A stretch of 64,000 bases of DNA from Deltaproteobacteria bacterium CG11_big_fil_rev_8_21_14_0_20_45_16 (GTDB lineage: Bacteria > Bdellovibrionota > UBA2394), in the NCBI GenBank assembly GCA_002787535.1, contig PCXB01000072.1:1828-65827 (forward strand), written 5' to 3'. A program made the position numbers and the translations under genes. Numbering within the stretch: position 1 is the stretch's first letter; every line of letters begins with the position of its first letter. Positions 35,598-45,003 of this stretch are shown piece by piece. A model generated the notes under the pieces. It saw nothing but the letters and a program-made list of their open reading frames with translations, was not told where the DNA came from and did no database searches.

Positions 35598-36776
35598 ATG
35601 CGAGCAGCGGGTAAAATTTGGAGCCTGGGTCAGGGCGTTTTGTTTCTGCTTCTTTTGGATAATTCGGCATTAAAAGCACAAAGTCAGACAGCAAAGACAA
35701 TTTTGGCGACTGATATTTTTGATCGGCTCGAAAGCGAAGATGGAGCGATCTATATTGGAGATCAAATTAAGCTCGAAAGGAATGAGACGGTCCAGTTTGA
35801 TGAGCCGGCTCGAGTCTATATTCGAGATCTGGATATGAGCGAATTTTCAACGATCGATAGTCAGGGCTATGATCTCGAAGTTTATATCGAGGATCAAATC
35901 AAGTCTGACAAAGGCTTCTTCGACGTTTCTCCCAACGAAAGTATTTACGACACAAGCGGACAAGATGGAGAGAGCGGAGAAAATGGTGAAAAGGCCATGG
36001 ATGGATTGAAAGGTAGTGCTGGGGCTCATGGAAGTGATGCTAGCGCTGGAACCGATGGTGTTTCGGGTGCAGATATTTCAATTATTGCCCCACGATTACA
36101 GGGCGATCTTGTTCTGATTACTCGAGGCGGTAATGGTGGCCGCGGTGGTAACGGCGGTGATGGCGGTAAAGGGGGCGTTGGCCTATCAGGAATGGATGCC
36201 CGGGTACTTTACCACTTTAAAGGAATGGATGGGTTACCAATTGATACGCTTTTGGGGATTGGTTCGGCGATTGGCATTCCCTATGTTGGCCAGGTCTTGG
36301 CGATTTTGAGTTTATTCAACGGCTTAACGATCGGTGATGGCTTTGATGGCTTTGACGGTGGCGCCGGAGGAAACGCAGGCCTTGGTGGTGACGGCGGTAA
36401 TGGCGGGAACGCAGGTAAAATCGAATTGATTTATGCCTTTCGTGAAGCGAATGGAAAAACCTATGTCAATACCAAGGGAGGCCGCGGAGGGGTCGGTGGC
36501 CGCGCAGGAGTTCCCGGCGTTGGCGGGACGGGTGGCGTTGGTGGAAAGGCTGGAGATATTTGGGCCAGAGATGGAAAGCCTGGAAACGCGGGCGCTACCG
36601 GTGAACAAGCTAGAGCTGGATTGGCTGGCAAAGCTGGAAAATCCGGAAGTGTAAAAGTTTATGAAACCGGCGATGAGCAATGGTTGCGATGTTATGTTCG
36701 TTATCGCCAAACTCTCGACTTAGGAATGGAGCAAGGATTGGCTTATGAATTATTAAAATCATGCTTGAACCAATGA
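35598..36776 (+). CDS. Secreted modular glycine-triplet protein, paralog 1
   Basis: Start moved to the ATG at 35598 (GGAGG RBS; signal MRAAGKIWSLGQGVLFLLLLDNSALKAQS). Modules: LVLITRGGNGGRGGNGGDGGKGG; GGDGGNGGNAGKIELIYAF; TKGGRGGVGGRAGVPGVGGTGGVGGKAG; DGKPGNAGATGE..GKSGSVKVYE. Cys-bracketed C-terminus. Confidence 0.7.
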   Translation: MRAAGKIWSLGQGVLFLLLLDNSALKAQSQTAKTILATDIFDRLESEDGAIYIGDQIKLERNETVQFDEPARVYIRDLDMSEFSTIDSQGYDLEVYIEDQIKSDKGFFDVSPNESIYDTSGQDGESGENGEKAMDGLKGSAGAHGSDASAGTDGVSGADISIIAPRLQGDLVLITRGGNGGRGGNGGDGGKGGVGLSGMDARVLYHFKGMDGLPIDTLLGIGSAIGIPYVGQVLAILSLFNGLTIGDGFDGFDGGAGGNAGLGGDGGNGGNAGKIELIYAFREANGKTYVNTKGGRGGVGGRAGVPGVGGTGGVGGKAGDIWARDGKPGNAGATGEQARAGLAGKAGKSGSVKVYETGDEQWLRCYVRYRQTLDLGMEQGLAYELLKSCLNQ

Positions 36777-36789
36777 GAATGAATTGACG

Positions 36790-37671
36790 ATGGGAACATT
36801 AGAGATACTTTTTATTTTTATGGTGCAAACCCAGCTGGGACCTCAGAAAGTTGAGGTCCCAGCTCATTCTCGTTTAGAGCTTCAGAGTGAAGAGGATGAA
36901 CTCGTGTTTGATACGATCGAGCTTCATGAAGGTTCTGAGCTAAGTCTTCCAGAATTTAAATCCATCCATATTCTTAATCTTATCGCTAAAGATGGTGCGC
37001 GCATCTCGATTGCTAATCAGTCATCTGGATCTGATGCTGAATCAGGTGTCGATGGTGGGAATGGTGCTCAAGTTACATTTTTTGTTCGGCATCTTGCGGG
37101 GAATGTCGTGATTGAAGCTCGCGGAGGTGATGGTAGTGATGGAAGGGATGGACGTTCGGGACAGCAAGGAACGGATGGTATCAAGGGGCAAGATGCCCCG
37201 CATATCAGCATTCCCTTTTTTGGGTTTCGTTTGTTTAATTTCTTTTTCGGAAATGGTCAGCGCGGGCAGAGCGGAGCTACTGGAGAAGACGGAGAGAATG
37301 GTGAAGACGGCGGCAGAGGTGGCGACGGTGGTCAGGTGCGAGTTTACTATCAAAGCAAAGAGGAATTTTCCGATATCGTCGTGGACGTTTCGGCGGGTCA
37401 GGCCGGAGTTGGTGGACGCGCTGGTATGGGAGGGCTTGGTGGCAATGGCGGTATAGGTGGACGGGGTTCGTCGCGAGGACCGCAGGGCTTTATGGGTGCA
37501 AACGGAAAAAATGGTCGGCCTGGCCGACCAGGGGTTCCCGGCACCCCAGGCGATGTCTCGATCTATCAAGTTGATCGGAAGCTTTATGATTGTTTATTGA
37601 AGTTCGAATTGGTGGGTGGGGATCCATCGGATCATCAATCAGAGGAGTGGGCTCAATGCGTTCACTCTTAG
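36790..37671 (+). CDS. Modular glycine-triplet protein, paralog 2
   Basis: 293 aa from the ATG at 36790. Same module order: VVIEARGGDGSDGRDGRSGQQGTDGIKG; GEDGENGEDGGRGGDGGQVRVYYQ; VDVSAGQAGVGGRAGMGGLGGNGGIGGRG; GANGKNGRPGRPGVPGTPGDVSIYQV. Weak or atypical signal sequence. Confidence 0.7.
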   Translation: MGTLEILFIFMVQTQLGPQKVEVPAHSRLELQSEEDELVFDTIELHEGSELSLPEFKSIHILNLIAKDGARISIANQSSGSDAESGVDGGNGAQVTFFVRHLAGNVVIEARGGDGSDGRDGRSGQQGTDGIKGQDAPHISIPFFGFRLFNFFFGNGQRGQSGATGEDGENGEDGGRGGDGGQVRVYYQSKEEFSDIVVDVSAGQAGVGGRAGMGGLGGNGGIGGRGSSRGPQGFMGANGKNGRPGRPGVPGTPGDVSIYQVDRKLYDCLLKFELVGGDPSDHQSEEWAQCVHS

Positions 37672-38471
37672 TTATTTTTGTCGTAGCGGTTTTTGCTATG
37701 GCCTGCAGTAAGCTTAGGGCGGAAGATATTTGGGGAGACCTGCAACCCGTTCAGGACAGGTTGGTCGAGGCATCACCCGTATTGGTTTTGGATGGCCCAG
37801 AGGAAGACGAAATTGTTTTTATTCAGGCCGACGGAAAAGATGGAAAAGATGCGGCTCCAGCAATTCTTGCGGGAAGTGTTGCCGAATCAGGAACCTCAGC
37901 TTCGAGCGGTGGTCATATTACCATTTTGTTACGACGCTTGCCGAAAAAGATTTTTATATCGGCGCGTGGTGGACATGGTGGACATGGTGCGCGAGCAGCC
38001 AATGGTCGACGAGGTCGCAATGGCCAAGGTGGAAGTAATGCTAGCTTCTTCAAAAAGGCGAAGCCCGGCGAAGATGGGGAAGATGGTGGTGAGGCTGGCG
38101 ATGGGTCCCATGGAGGCCATGGTGGGAATGGTGGCTCAGTGAGAATTATTTATATCCCCGAGAATCCTGAAAATTATGATGCCGACTGGACTCGGCGAAT
38201 TGATGCTGATGTGTCGGCTGGTCGAGGTGGTGAAGAAGGTGCGGGCGGTCGCGGCGGTCGAGCCGGCCTGGGCGGCCAAGGTGGTAAAAAGTTTTGGTCA
38301 AGTAAGCGAGTAGAAAATGGTTCTGATGGTCAAGACGGAAAAGACGGCGAGCCTGGCCGTCCTGGAATGGACGGGACAGACGGAAAAATCGAATTTATAG
38401 AAGCCGACAATATCAACGAATGGCTTCTTACCGAGCAGGCCAATGCTCAAGACGAAATTGGGAGGCGCTAA
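37656..38471 (+). CDS. Modular glycine-triplet lipoprotein, paralog 3
   Basis: Start moved to the ATG at 37656 (AGGAG RBS; lipobox VAVFAMAC). It overlaps the paralog 2 stop by 16 nt. Modules: IFISARGGHGGHGARAANGRRGRNGQGG; GEDGEDGGEAGDGSHGGHGGNGGSVRIIYIP; DVSAGRGGEEGAGGRGGRAGLGGQGG; GSDGQDGKDGEPGRPGMDGTDGKIEFIE. Confidence 0.7.
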   Translation: MRSLLVIFVVAVFAMACSKLRAEDIWGDLQPVQDRLVEASPVLVLDGPEEDEIVFIQADGKDGKDAAPAILAGSVAESGTSASSGGHITILLRRLPKKIFISARGGHGGHGARAANGRRGRNGQGGSNASFFKKAKPGEDGEDGGEAGDGSHGGHGGNGGSVRIIYIPENPENYDADWTRRIDADVSAGRGGEEGAGGRGGRAGLGGQGGKKFWSSKRVENGSDGQDGKDGEPGRPGMDGTDGKIEFIEADNINEWLLTEQANAQDEIGRR

Positions 38472-38529
38472 GTTCTTTGTGAATGATTTGGGATTGAGTT
38501 GAACTAGAGTATTAAGCTCCATCGACCCC

Positions 38530-39555
38530 TTAGCCCGGGGAGCTCAAGACTTCGATATGTCGTAACTTGCTAGGTCGGTATTTTTTATCCTCCCGATGAA
38601 AGTAGTCATGATGGGGATGGCAGAGGCTCAATAAATTATCTATTGCATGGTCCCCACCTTGCCATATTGGCTCAAGGTGATGAATCTGCACAAACTTCCT
38701 CTCGCCACAAACTTTGCCGTTTGTTCCTCGATACTGACATCTTCCTTCATCTCGTAGAAAGACTTCGTGCTTGGTTTTGGCGGGGATCGCCTTTCTTCCA
38801 AAATTTTTGTTCCTAGGAAGAGTCTTTTTTGACTTTATGACTTGGACATTCGTTAGAACACGGGCAGGGGGCTGTCGACCGACTCTATCTTCATTCGAGC
38901 CGCCCGGCCTGTGGGAGCCTGGGGCGGCGGCTGGTTTTTTTCGGATTCGCCTGGCTTTCTCGATTGGATCCTTTGTTTTTAAATAGACTTCCACCAAAGC
39001 CTCCAAGGTTTCTTCTAAATTCTTTGAAGCACTGATTTCCTGCGCTCTTTTTAGCTTTTGATACACCACTTCGTTAACTTCCAGATGCATTCTCAAAGCT
39101 TCTTCTCGGACATATTGAACCTTTTCTCTTTTTTTTGCGTTGGGAGAAAGACTCGCCACCTGCTTTTCAATCTTGGCTTTCGAGAGGTCTTTGGCCTTTT
39201 GAATCCACTCTACGGAATTCTCAGGTTCTAAGACCGCTAAGATATGCTTAACTTTAGACACACTGACCGAGGCTTCATCTAAGCTTTTTTGTAAAAGAGG
39301 AATTCTCTTGGCCTTACGAGCGACCACAATAAATGTATAGGCATTGGCTTCTGACAATCCTAGGGCTGTCGTCGCGTATTTGAACAACGAACTAAAGCCA
39401 ATTTCCAAATAAAGCTTTTGCGCTTCAATTTCTTGAAGCACCGCGATCAATTCGTTTTCTAAGCGTCGAAAGTTTTTGGAAAGAGCCAAAGCTTTTTCGT
39501 GAAGAGGGAATATTTTTGTTGTCATGTTACTCTCCTTTGTTCGCTTGTCGTTCAT
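38530..39555 (-). CDS. HNH endonuclease domain protein (DUF222-like N-terminal region)
   Basis: 341 aa. C-terminal HNH motif CQYRGTNGKVCGERKFVQIHHLEPIWQGGDHAIDNLLSLCHPHHDYFH. Helical N-terminal region similar in style to DUF222/13E12-type HNH proteins. Confidence 0.85.
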   Translation of the reverse strand: MNDKRTKESNMTTKIFPLHEKALALSKNFRRLENELIAVLQEIEAQKLYLEIGFSSLFKYATTALGLSEANAYTFIVVARKAKRIPLLQKSLDEASVSVSKVKHILAVLEPENSVEWIQKAKDLSKAKIEKQVASLSPNAKKREKVQYVREEALRMHLEVNEVVYQKLKRAQEISASKNLEETLEALVEVYLKTKDPIEKARRIRKKPAAAPGSHRPGGSNEDRVGRQPPARVLTNVQVIKSKKTLPRNKNFGRKAIPAKTKHEVFLRDEGRCQYRGTNGKVCGERKFVQIHHLEPIWQGGDHAIDNLLSLCHPHHDYFHREDKKYRPSKLRHIEVLSSPG

Positions 39556-40006
39556 CGGTTGATGGAAACACTAACATGGGTTTTTAGACGAACAAGACGA
39601 GCCGTAGTACAGCAGTTCAAAGAGGTTTTAGTTTTTTTTAATTTCCGAAAGCAACAATCGCGCAGGCTAGCTATGTGGATTATAGATGGGCTTCTTAAAT
39701 CACTATCGGCACAGAATAAAAAGCCCTCCTAAAAATCAGTCAAATGAAAAATCACATTAACTCTTCCCGGGAAGAATGCCCAGGCAACAACGCGCCAAGC
39801 TAACCCGCAGAGTCCCGAAAGAGGGCTTCCCTGGCCATACCGGGGCCTTAAGTTCCGCTCTGATCCGCGCAGCCTTAGAGTCAGATATCTTCCCGCAATG
39901 GATATAAACTCTTGAATCTAATATTAAATAGACTATGGTGCCTGCCTCAGGCCTAGCAGTTTGCATTGTGCACACAACTGGCATTTTTAGGGTTTTAGAG
40001 GGTTTC

Positions 40007-40999
40007 GTGGCATACTGGCGCCAATATATTTTTAGTTTTTCGTGTGTCGTAGCCTGTTTCGTCCATGGCTCGATGACTACTCATGCAGGCTGTCCCGAGT
40101 TTCGGAACTTGAGTGGTTCGGCATTTGACGCGAAAGCTTTTGTGCGGGACCTTCCGATCGTGGATCCAGCACGCTCGCCCGCGGATCTTTATGCAAAACT
40201 TTTTTCGCGACTCTCTCGTGTGAACTGGGCCTCGGAAGGACCCTATCAAATTGTTTGGGCGCCGAGCATTCCTTCAGGTCGTTATGTGGGTCAACTTGAA
40301 AAGATTCCGGCTCCCTATGAGAGACTATTTCAGTTTGATTCTGAGTTTCGTGAAAATTTAATGCAGCTTGGCTTGTTGCATTCAGACTATTCCTGGAATT
40401 CGGGTGTTTCCATATCTTCTATTGTTCAAAGGTTTCGGCGTGCGACAGGAATGAAGGTCATCGTCGGTTCTGAGTTTTATCAAGACGGGTTTTTCATGGA
40501 CGATTTGAGTTTTGCCAGTACCTTGGCTGACAACGCTATTCCCTTGGATGACGCTCACGATCTCTTCCATATGATCTATTTGATGAATCCGGCCTATCGT
40601 CTATGGACTCGAATGGCGGCGATGGCTTACGCGGACTTTGGAGTCGATGCAGGAGTGATCGTGATTGAGGGAATATTTGAAGGTAGTCTTCCGATTCCGG
40701 GCGATATTGTAAGGGGTCCTTTGTTGTTGCTTTTAAATGTTGGAGACGATCATCCTGAAGAGGTTCGTCGCACCATCCCTCAGATGCAAGGCCATGTAGA
40801 TGAAAGGCAAACTTGGTTCCAAGGTCTTGGATTCTTAAAAGTCGAAGCCGAGAGGCGAAGGCGCGAGATGGAGCCATCCAGGATGTTTAGGTGGCTTGGC
40901 CGTAAGAAAAGAGTGGAACTGGATCGTTTCATCGTGCAACTTCGAACTGAACTTGATCAACTCATATCTGAGCTTGGGTTTTCAGATTCTGGATTGTAA
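40007..40999 (+). CDS. Secreted hypothetical protein (paralog of 12291..13343)
   Basis: Start moved to the GTG at 40007 (AGAGGG upstream), giving the signal-like YWRQYIFSFSCVVACFVHGSMTTHA, then GCPEFRNL. Shares the GRY..L and P.DD.H..F.HM motifs with the 12291 gene. Confidence 0.6.
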   Translation: MAYWRQYIFSFSCVVACFVHGSMTTHAGCPEFRNLSGSAFDAKAFVRDLPIVDPARSPADLYAKLFSRLSRVNWASEGPYQIVWAPSIPSGRYVGQLEKIPAPYERLFQFDSEFRENLMQLGLLHSDYSWNSGVSISSIVQRFRRATGMKVIVGSEFYQDGFFMDDLSFASTLADNAIPLDDAHDLFHMIYLMNPAYRLWTRMAAMAYADFGVDAGVIVIEGIFEGSLPIPGDIVRGPLLLLLNVGDDHPEEVRRTIPQMQGHVDERQTWFQGLGFLKVEAERRRREMEPSRMFRWLGRKKRVELDRFIVQLRTELDQLISELGFSDSGL

Positions 41000-41048
41000 T
41001 TCTCAGAGAGAACTCGACTTTTTGTTTTCCCCGCCAAATAATCATTGA

Positions 41049-41816
41049 ATGGCTTCATTCAAAGAGAATCTCCTTCAAGTCATGGATCAAAAGCTTCATT
41101 GGGGTTGGGAATTTTTGTCTCAACCTGGGTTGCATCGGGATCAGATGCTGTTACATTTTCAACAAGAATACGAAACCTATGTTCGAGATTTCCCAATTTT
41201 TTTAGCAAGAATATTAGGTCGAATGAATGTCGGGCATGATCAACTAAAAAAAGAAATTGCGGAGAATCTTTACGAAGAACAAACAGGCGGACTTTCCTTT
41301 AAATTTTCGAAAGGGCAATCGCACCCCGCTTTGTTTCTTAAGATGATGACTGGCCTTGGATATAAGATTGAAAATTTTCAAAACATTCGATTACTTCCCA
41401 CAAGCCTCGGCTATCGGTGCTTTTTGGATCGCGTGACTCTTGTGGAGGATTGGCGGATTGGTGCCGTCCTATTAACCTTATTTGTTGAAGGTAGTGTTCA
41501 GGATCGAGAGCGAATGAAAAATAAGTACCAAGAAAAAATTAAGCTTGAGAAAAAACTCAAGGAGCATGGGCTTATCAAGAATTATGGTTTGAAAATCAAG
41601 GATGCCGATTTGATTCGAGTCCATTATTCCGTTGAGGGCGATCATCGTAAATCAGCTTGGGACACTTTGCTAAAAGCTATACCTAAAGATCTTGAGCCAA
41701 TAATTTCTCAGAGAATGGTCGAAGCTCTTGAGCTTTGGCTTCTGTTTCGGGATGGTGTTTGTCTCGAAATGGGTCTTGAAGATGCTAAATTTAGAGAGCT
41801 TGCACTTGGCCGATAA
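41049..41816 (+). CDS. Heme-oxygenase-like fold, iron-containing redox enzyme family protein (PqqC/CADD-like)
   Basis: 255 aa. Helical, with ENLYEEQTGG...HPALFLKMM and later VEGDHRK motifs typical of this di-iron helical-bundle family. Assigned from memory of the motifs only. Confidence 0.55.
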   Translation: MASFKENLLQVMDQKLHWGWEFLSQPGLHRDQMLLHFQQEYETYVRDFPIFLARILGRMNVGHDQLKKEIAENLYEEQTGGLSFKFSKGQSHPALFLKMMTGLGYKIENFQNIRLLPTSLGYRCFLDRVTLVEDWRIGAVLLTLFVEGSVQDRERMKNKYQEKIKLEKKLKEHGLIKNYGLKIKDADLIRVHYSVEGDHRKSAWDTLLKAIPKDLEPIISQRMVEALELWLLFRDGVCLEMGLEDAKFRELALGR

Positions 41817-41819
41817 GTC

Positions 41820-42449
41820 CTAATGTTCGGTTCCATAAATTCGATCTCCTGCATCACCAAGGCCGGGCACAATGTAAGCTTTAGAGTTCAATTCTCGATC
41901 TAATGAAGCCGTAAATATTTTAATTTCTGGAAACTTTTCATGAACCTTCGCAACCCCTTCCGGCGCGGCAATTATAGAAACAAAAACAATTTTGCCGGCA
42001 CCTTTTTCTTTGAAAACTTCAATGGCTTTGGTTGCTGAACCTCCGGTTGCCAGCATCGGATCTAAAAGCAAAACTGTTTTATTGTTTAGGTTGTTAGGAG
42101 CACGCCAATAGTACTCCACAGGTTGATGATTTTCATTTCTGAAAATTCCAACGTGTGCGACACCGGCCTCGGGAAAAATTTGCAAGAAGGGGTCAAGCAT
42201 TCCGTTCCCGGCTCTCATGATGGACCCAAGTACAATGGAAGATTTGATAAAACTGGCATTGGCAAGGGTTTCCATTGGAGTCTTGACGGAGCGAGTTTCG
42301 GTTTCAAGCTCTTCGGCACATTCATAGGCCAGAAAATAGCTAAGCTTGGTTAGTTCCTCACGAAAACATCTAGATGAAGCGTTACGGTCACGCATCTTAT
42401 TTAGGCAATGTGTTGCTAGAAGTTTGGAGAGGACAACGAGGTTTTTCAC
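41820..42449 (-). CDS. upp: Uracil phosphoribosyltransferase
   Basis: 209 aa. PRPP loop VLLLDPMLATGGSA. C-terminal uracil-binding YIVPGLGDAGDRIYGT. Confidence 0.93.
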   Translation of the reverse strand: MKNLVVLSKLLATHCLNKMRDRNASSRCFREELTKLSYFLAYECAEELETETRSVKTPMETLANASFIKSSIVLGSIMRAGNGMLDPFLQIFPEAGVAHVGIFRNENHQPVEYYWRAPNNLNNKTVLLLDPMLATGGSATKAIEVFKEKGAGKIVFVSIIAAPEGVAKVHEKFPEIKIFTASLDRELNSKAYIVPGLGDAGDRIYGTEH

Positions 42450-42463
42450 CCAAAGCTCCTTTC

Positions 42464-43855
42464 TTAGTCATTAAGTTCAGGCATTCGATCTAAGCTAATA
42501 ATGTCACTACGCGTTCGTGAATACAAATACAAGCCGGGAGGAACCCAAGCCGAATCGGCTAGACTAATTTTGATTATTACCCAATCCGGAATGATGCCAT
42601 CCGTCGTGGCCAAAATCTCATCCCCAGGGATTTGAAAAGTAATCAGTCCCTGATTTCGAATTTCAATTTGAGAAAAGCGTTTTTCCAAAATGAGATGGGT
42701 CGCCGTTTTAAGGTCATCCGCCATTTCCACCAAGTATAAATCAATATCGCATTTGAAGCCTTCCAGTGCAATACGCCGAGTTCCAGAAAAAGTTTTTTTC
42801 ATTAGGCCGATCTGCAATTCAAATTGCAAGCTTGCCTTTGCATCGGATGTTTGGGAGTCAAAGCTTGTAAAAAAGGAACTGAGTCGATCGATAACGAACT
42901 CTGGACTTTCTTGGGAAGCAAGTTGAATCGCTTGATCTCTCCAGGACCCATGATCCGTTAAGGATTCGTAAGAAAAATTATTTCGAACAATTTCACTGTT
43001 TTCTCCTGAATTCAATTCCATGACAAATACCCATCTAACCCGGTTGGGAAACAGTTCCTGATTGAGGTCAATTTGCAAATCTATGCGTTCATAAAAATCA
43101 TTTTCCAGCTTAGATCGTTTGAAGATATGCGTGGTTTTAAAGGTTCCGGAATCATCTGATGTGAGCTCCAACTCCTCTACTCGATCTTCAAGATAGTAAT
43201 GAATTAAAATTTTTAAGTTTCGGTTGCCCAATGCTTGACCACTAATATTGTCCTTCAGTTGATGGGTCATCTCGACTTCAATCTCTTCATTTACGAGATC
43301 GCTGTCTTGTCGCGCGATGATAGCTTTATTAATTAGTTCGTAGACGGCTTGATGGCTTATAGTTTTTTCGGAATTCTGAGAGCCGAGAGTTTCGATTCGC
43401 TCAAATTTTTGAACGGGAGAATACTGATCATCCATAATAAGATTGAATGAAAACATCTGTTTTCCAAAGTCTTTCGTCTGAACTTCGAGAAAGAAGCGTG
43501 CCGTGTCGACGCTCTGTTCGGGATAAATTTCGATCGAAAAAGCGGCGATAGCTTGTCCATCAGAATCTGTTGTCACTTTCTTGGCATTTAGAACGTTGTG
43601 TTCAAGGTCCAAAAAACGATACGCTAGACTTTGTGATTGAATCCTTTGACCTTCGACTCGATCACCAAATCTTAAAGTGAGACTGATTTCGTAACAAAAC
43701 TTTTGGATATCACTGCTTTCACATTCAGCCGCTGAAGCCTCCAGCAAATCGACTTTGAGGCGATCACTAGATTGAAAAGCGCGGGATTTTTCAAAGTGGC
43801 CGTCCCGGCAACTTGTTGAAAGGCTGAGAAGAATAATGGCAATCCAGCTCTTCAT
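42464..43855 (-). CDS. Lipoprotein, unknown function
   Basis: 463 aa. Lipobox LSLSTSC. Abuts the upstream porin-like gene with no gap. Confidence 0.7.
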   Translation of the reverse strand: MKSWIAIILLSLSTSCRDGHFEKSRAFQSSDRLKVDLLEASAAECESSDIQKFCYEISLTLRFGDRVEGQRIQSQSLAYRFLDLEHNVLNAKKVTTDSDGQAIAAFSIEIYPEQSVDTARFFLEVQTKDFGKQMFSFNLIMDDQYSPVQKFERIETLGSQNSEKTISHQAVYELINKAIIARQDSDLVNEEIEVEMTHQLKDNISGQALGNRNLKILIHYYLEDRVEELELTSDDSGTFKTTHIFKRSKLENDFYERIDLQIDLNQELFPNRVRWVFVMELNSGENSEIVRNNFSYESLTDHGSWRDQAIQLASQESPEFVIDRLSSFFTSFDSQTSDAKASLQFELQIGLMKKTFSGTRRIALEGFKCDIDLYLVEMADDLKTATHLILEKRFSQIEIRNQGLITFQIPGDEILATTDGIIPDWVIIKISLADSAWVPPGLYLYSRTRSDIISLDRMPELND

Positions 43856-44953
43856 TTAAAAGCGATACTCCATCTCCGCTAAGGCCTGTTTTTGGTCTCT
43901 CTGGAAAGCTGAATTCTGAATCGTGTTGGCTATTAAGAAAGAGGCTCCAAGTTTAAGTTGGTCCATAGGAAAATAACTGAGCGAAAATCTGACCGCCTTT
44001 CGATTGTTATAGCCCCATTCATTGTCGCTAAAAAAGCCAAGACTGGCGTTGGGTTCAACATAGACAAACGAGATCTTACTTTGAAAAAAACCACTCTTCC
44101 AACTGTCACCTACTTCAACTTCTGCAAACAGTCCGCGCTCAAGATCCTTATTAAGGAGATTTAGAATTGCGCTGGTTCGAAAGGCTGTTAATATTCCAAA
44201 CTGCTGGCTCGAAATTTCAAAATAACTTTCCCAAGTTCCAAATTTGCTATCAAGATCGTTCAACACCGAAGGATTTCTGAGATTGTTACCCCGGTGTGAG
44301 GAAATTTCCTGGAGTCGCTCGGACAGATCGTAATAATGAAAATATTGGCTGCCAAGGCTTACTCGAATCCAAGTAAGGACGCGGTAGCTAAGATCGAAGC
44401 CTTCCAGGAACAACCAGGATCTTCTTAGATCCGTACCATCGACGGCAGATGGGGCGACCCGGTCCGCGGAAATTTGTGCAGCATGTAGTCGTAATCGCCA
44501 ATTCAAGTCTAAGGATTTGAATTCGTAGGCTTGATAAAAACCTTCAGGGCGTCGATCCAAATCCCAAGTCATGGGGGAACATCGAAAGGGCATATGAAAT
44601 TTCCCAGCGCTTATTAAAAACGAATCTGTATCTTCTTTATAGATGTCAAAAGCCGCATAGGCCTGACTCAGGGCAATCGTTTTGTTCGAGGCACCTCCGG
44701 ATAGACTAACGGATTCAGGTTGGCTATCAAGTCCGGTCCCTGCTGTGCTGAGCTCAAGTCCAAATTCGGTGGAAGGTGCAACCCGAGGGTAGATACTGGC
44801 TTGCGCCGCAAGTTCCAATCCAGAGGCTTTATTGTTATCTTCGAAGCGCTCTTCATCTCGAAGCCGAAAGCGGGCTTGAGGCTTCAAATTCGTCCACCAC
44901 TCGGGAGTGGCTGGGGCAGAAATGGCGAAGTAGACTATAAGGATATCAATCAT
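43856..44953 (-). CDS. Putative outer-membrane beta-barrel / porin-like protein
   Basis: 365 aa. Alternating amphipathic strand pattern. Terminal ...EMEYRF (an aromatic C-terminal residue is typical of OMPs). Confidence 0.65.
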   Translation of the reverse strand: MIDILIVYFAISAPATPEWWTNLKPQARFRLRDEERFEDNNKASGLELAAQASIYPRVAPSTEFGLELSTAGTGLDSQPESVSLSGGASNKTIALSQAYAAFDIYKEDTDSFLISAGKFHMPFRCSPMTWDLDRRPEGFYQAYEFKSLDLNWRLRLHAAQISADRVAPSAVDGTDLRRSWLFLEGFDLSYRVLTWIRVSLGSQYFHYYDLSERLQEISSHRGNNLRNPSVLNDLDSKFGTWESYFEISSQQFGILTAFRTSAILNLLNKDLERGLFAEVEVGDSWKSGFFQSKISFVYVEPNASLGFFSDNEWGYNNRKAVRFSLSYFPMDQLKLGASFLIANTIQNSAFQRDQKQALAEMEYRF

Positions 44954-45003
44954 TGCGGCGACGAGAGGCTAACCAAGACCGCCTCCCTCGACCAGCTTTA
45001 TTT

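Noticed and set aside
35389-35700. 103-aa ORF on the minus strand in the divergent region upstream of the glycine-triplet cluster.
   Set aside because: It has no RBS, it overlaps the signal-peptide-encoding start of the 35598 gene, and its sequence looks non-protein-like.
36324-38142. Long alternative-frame ORFs within the glycine-triplet genes (36324..36710 -, 37042..37569 -, 37112..37456 +, 37693..38142 +, 37730..38038 +).
   Set aside because: GGN-rich DNA is stop-poor in several frames. Only the annotated frames give signal peptides and the conserved five-module order shared by all three paralogs.
39757-39984. 75-aa ORF (-), and a hand-found 43-aa ORF (+, 39776..39907), in the GC-rich island.
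   Set aside because: Neither has a convincing RBS or a recognisable motif. I treat the island as non-coding or a remnant and report it under findings instead.
38530-40006. HEARO/IscB-omegaRNA-type system (HNH protein with an upstream structured RNA).
   Set aside because: The 341-aa protein has no RuvC-like segments and its HNH motif is at the extreme C-terminus after a DUF222-like helical region. The upstream region showed no recognisable conserved RNA architecture by eye.
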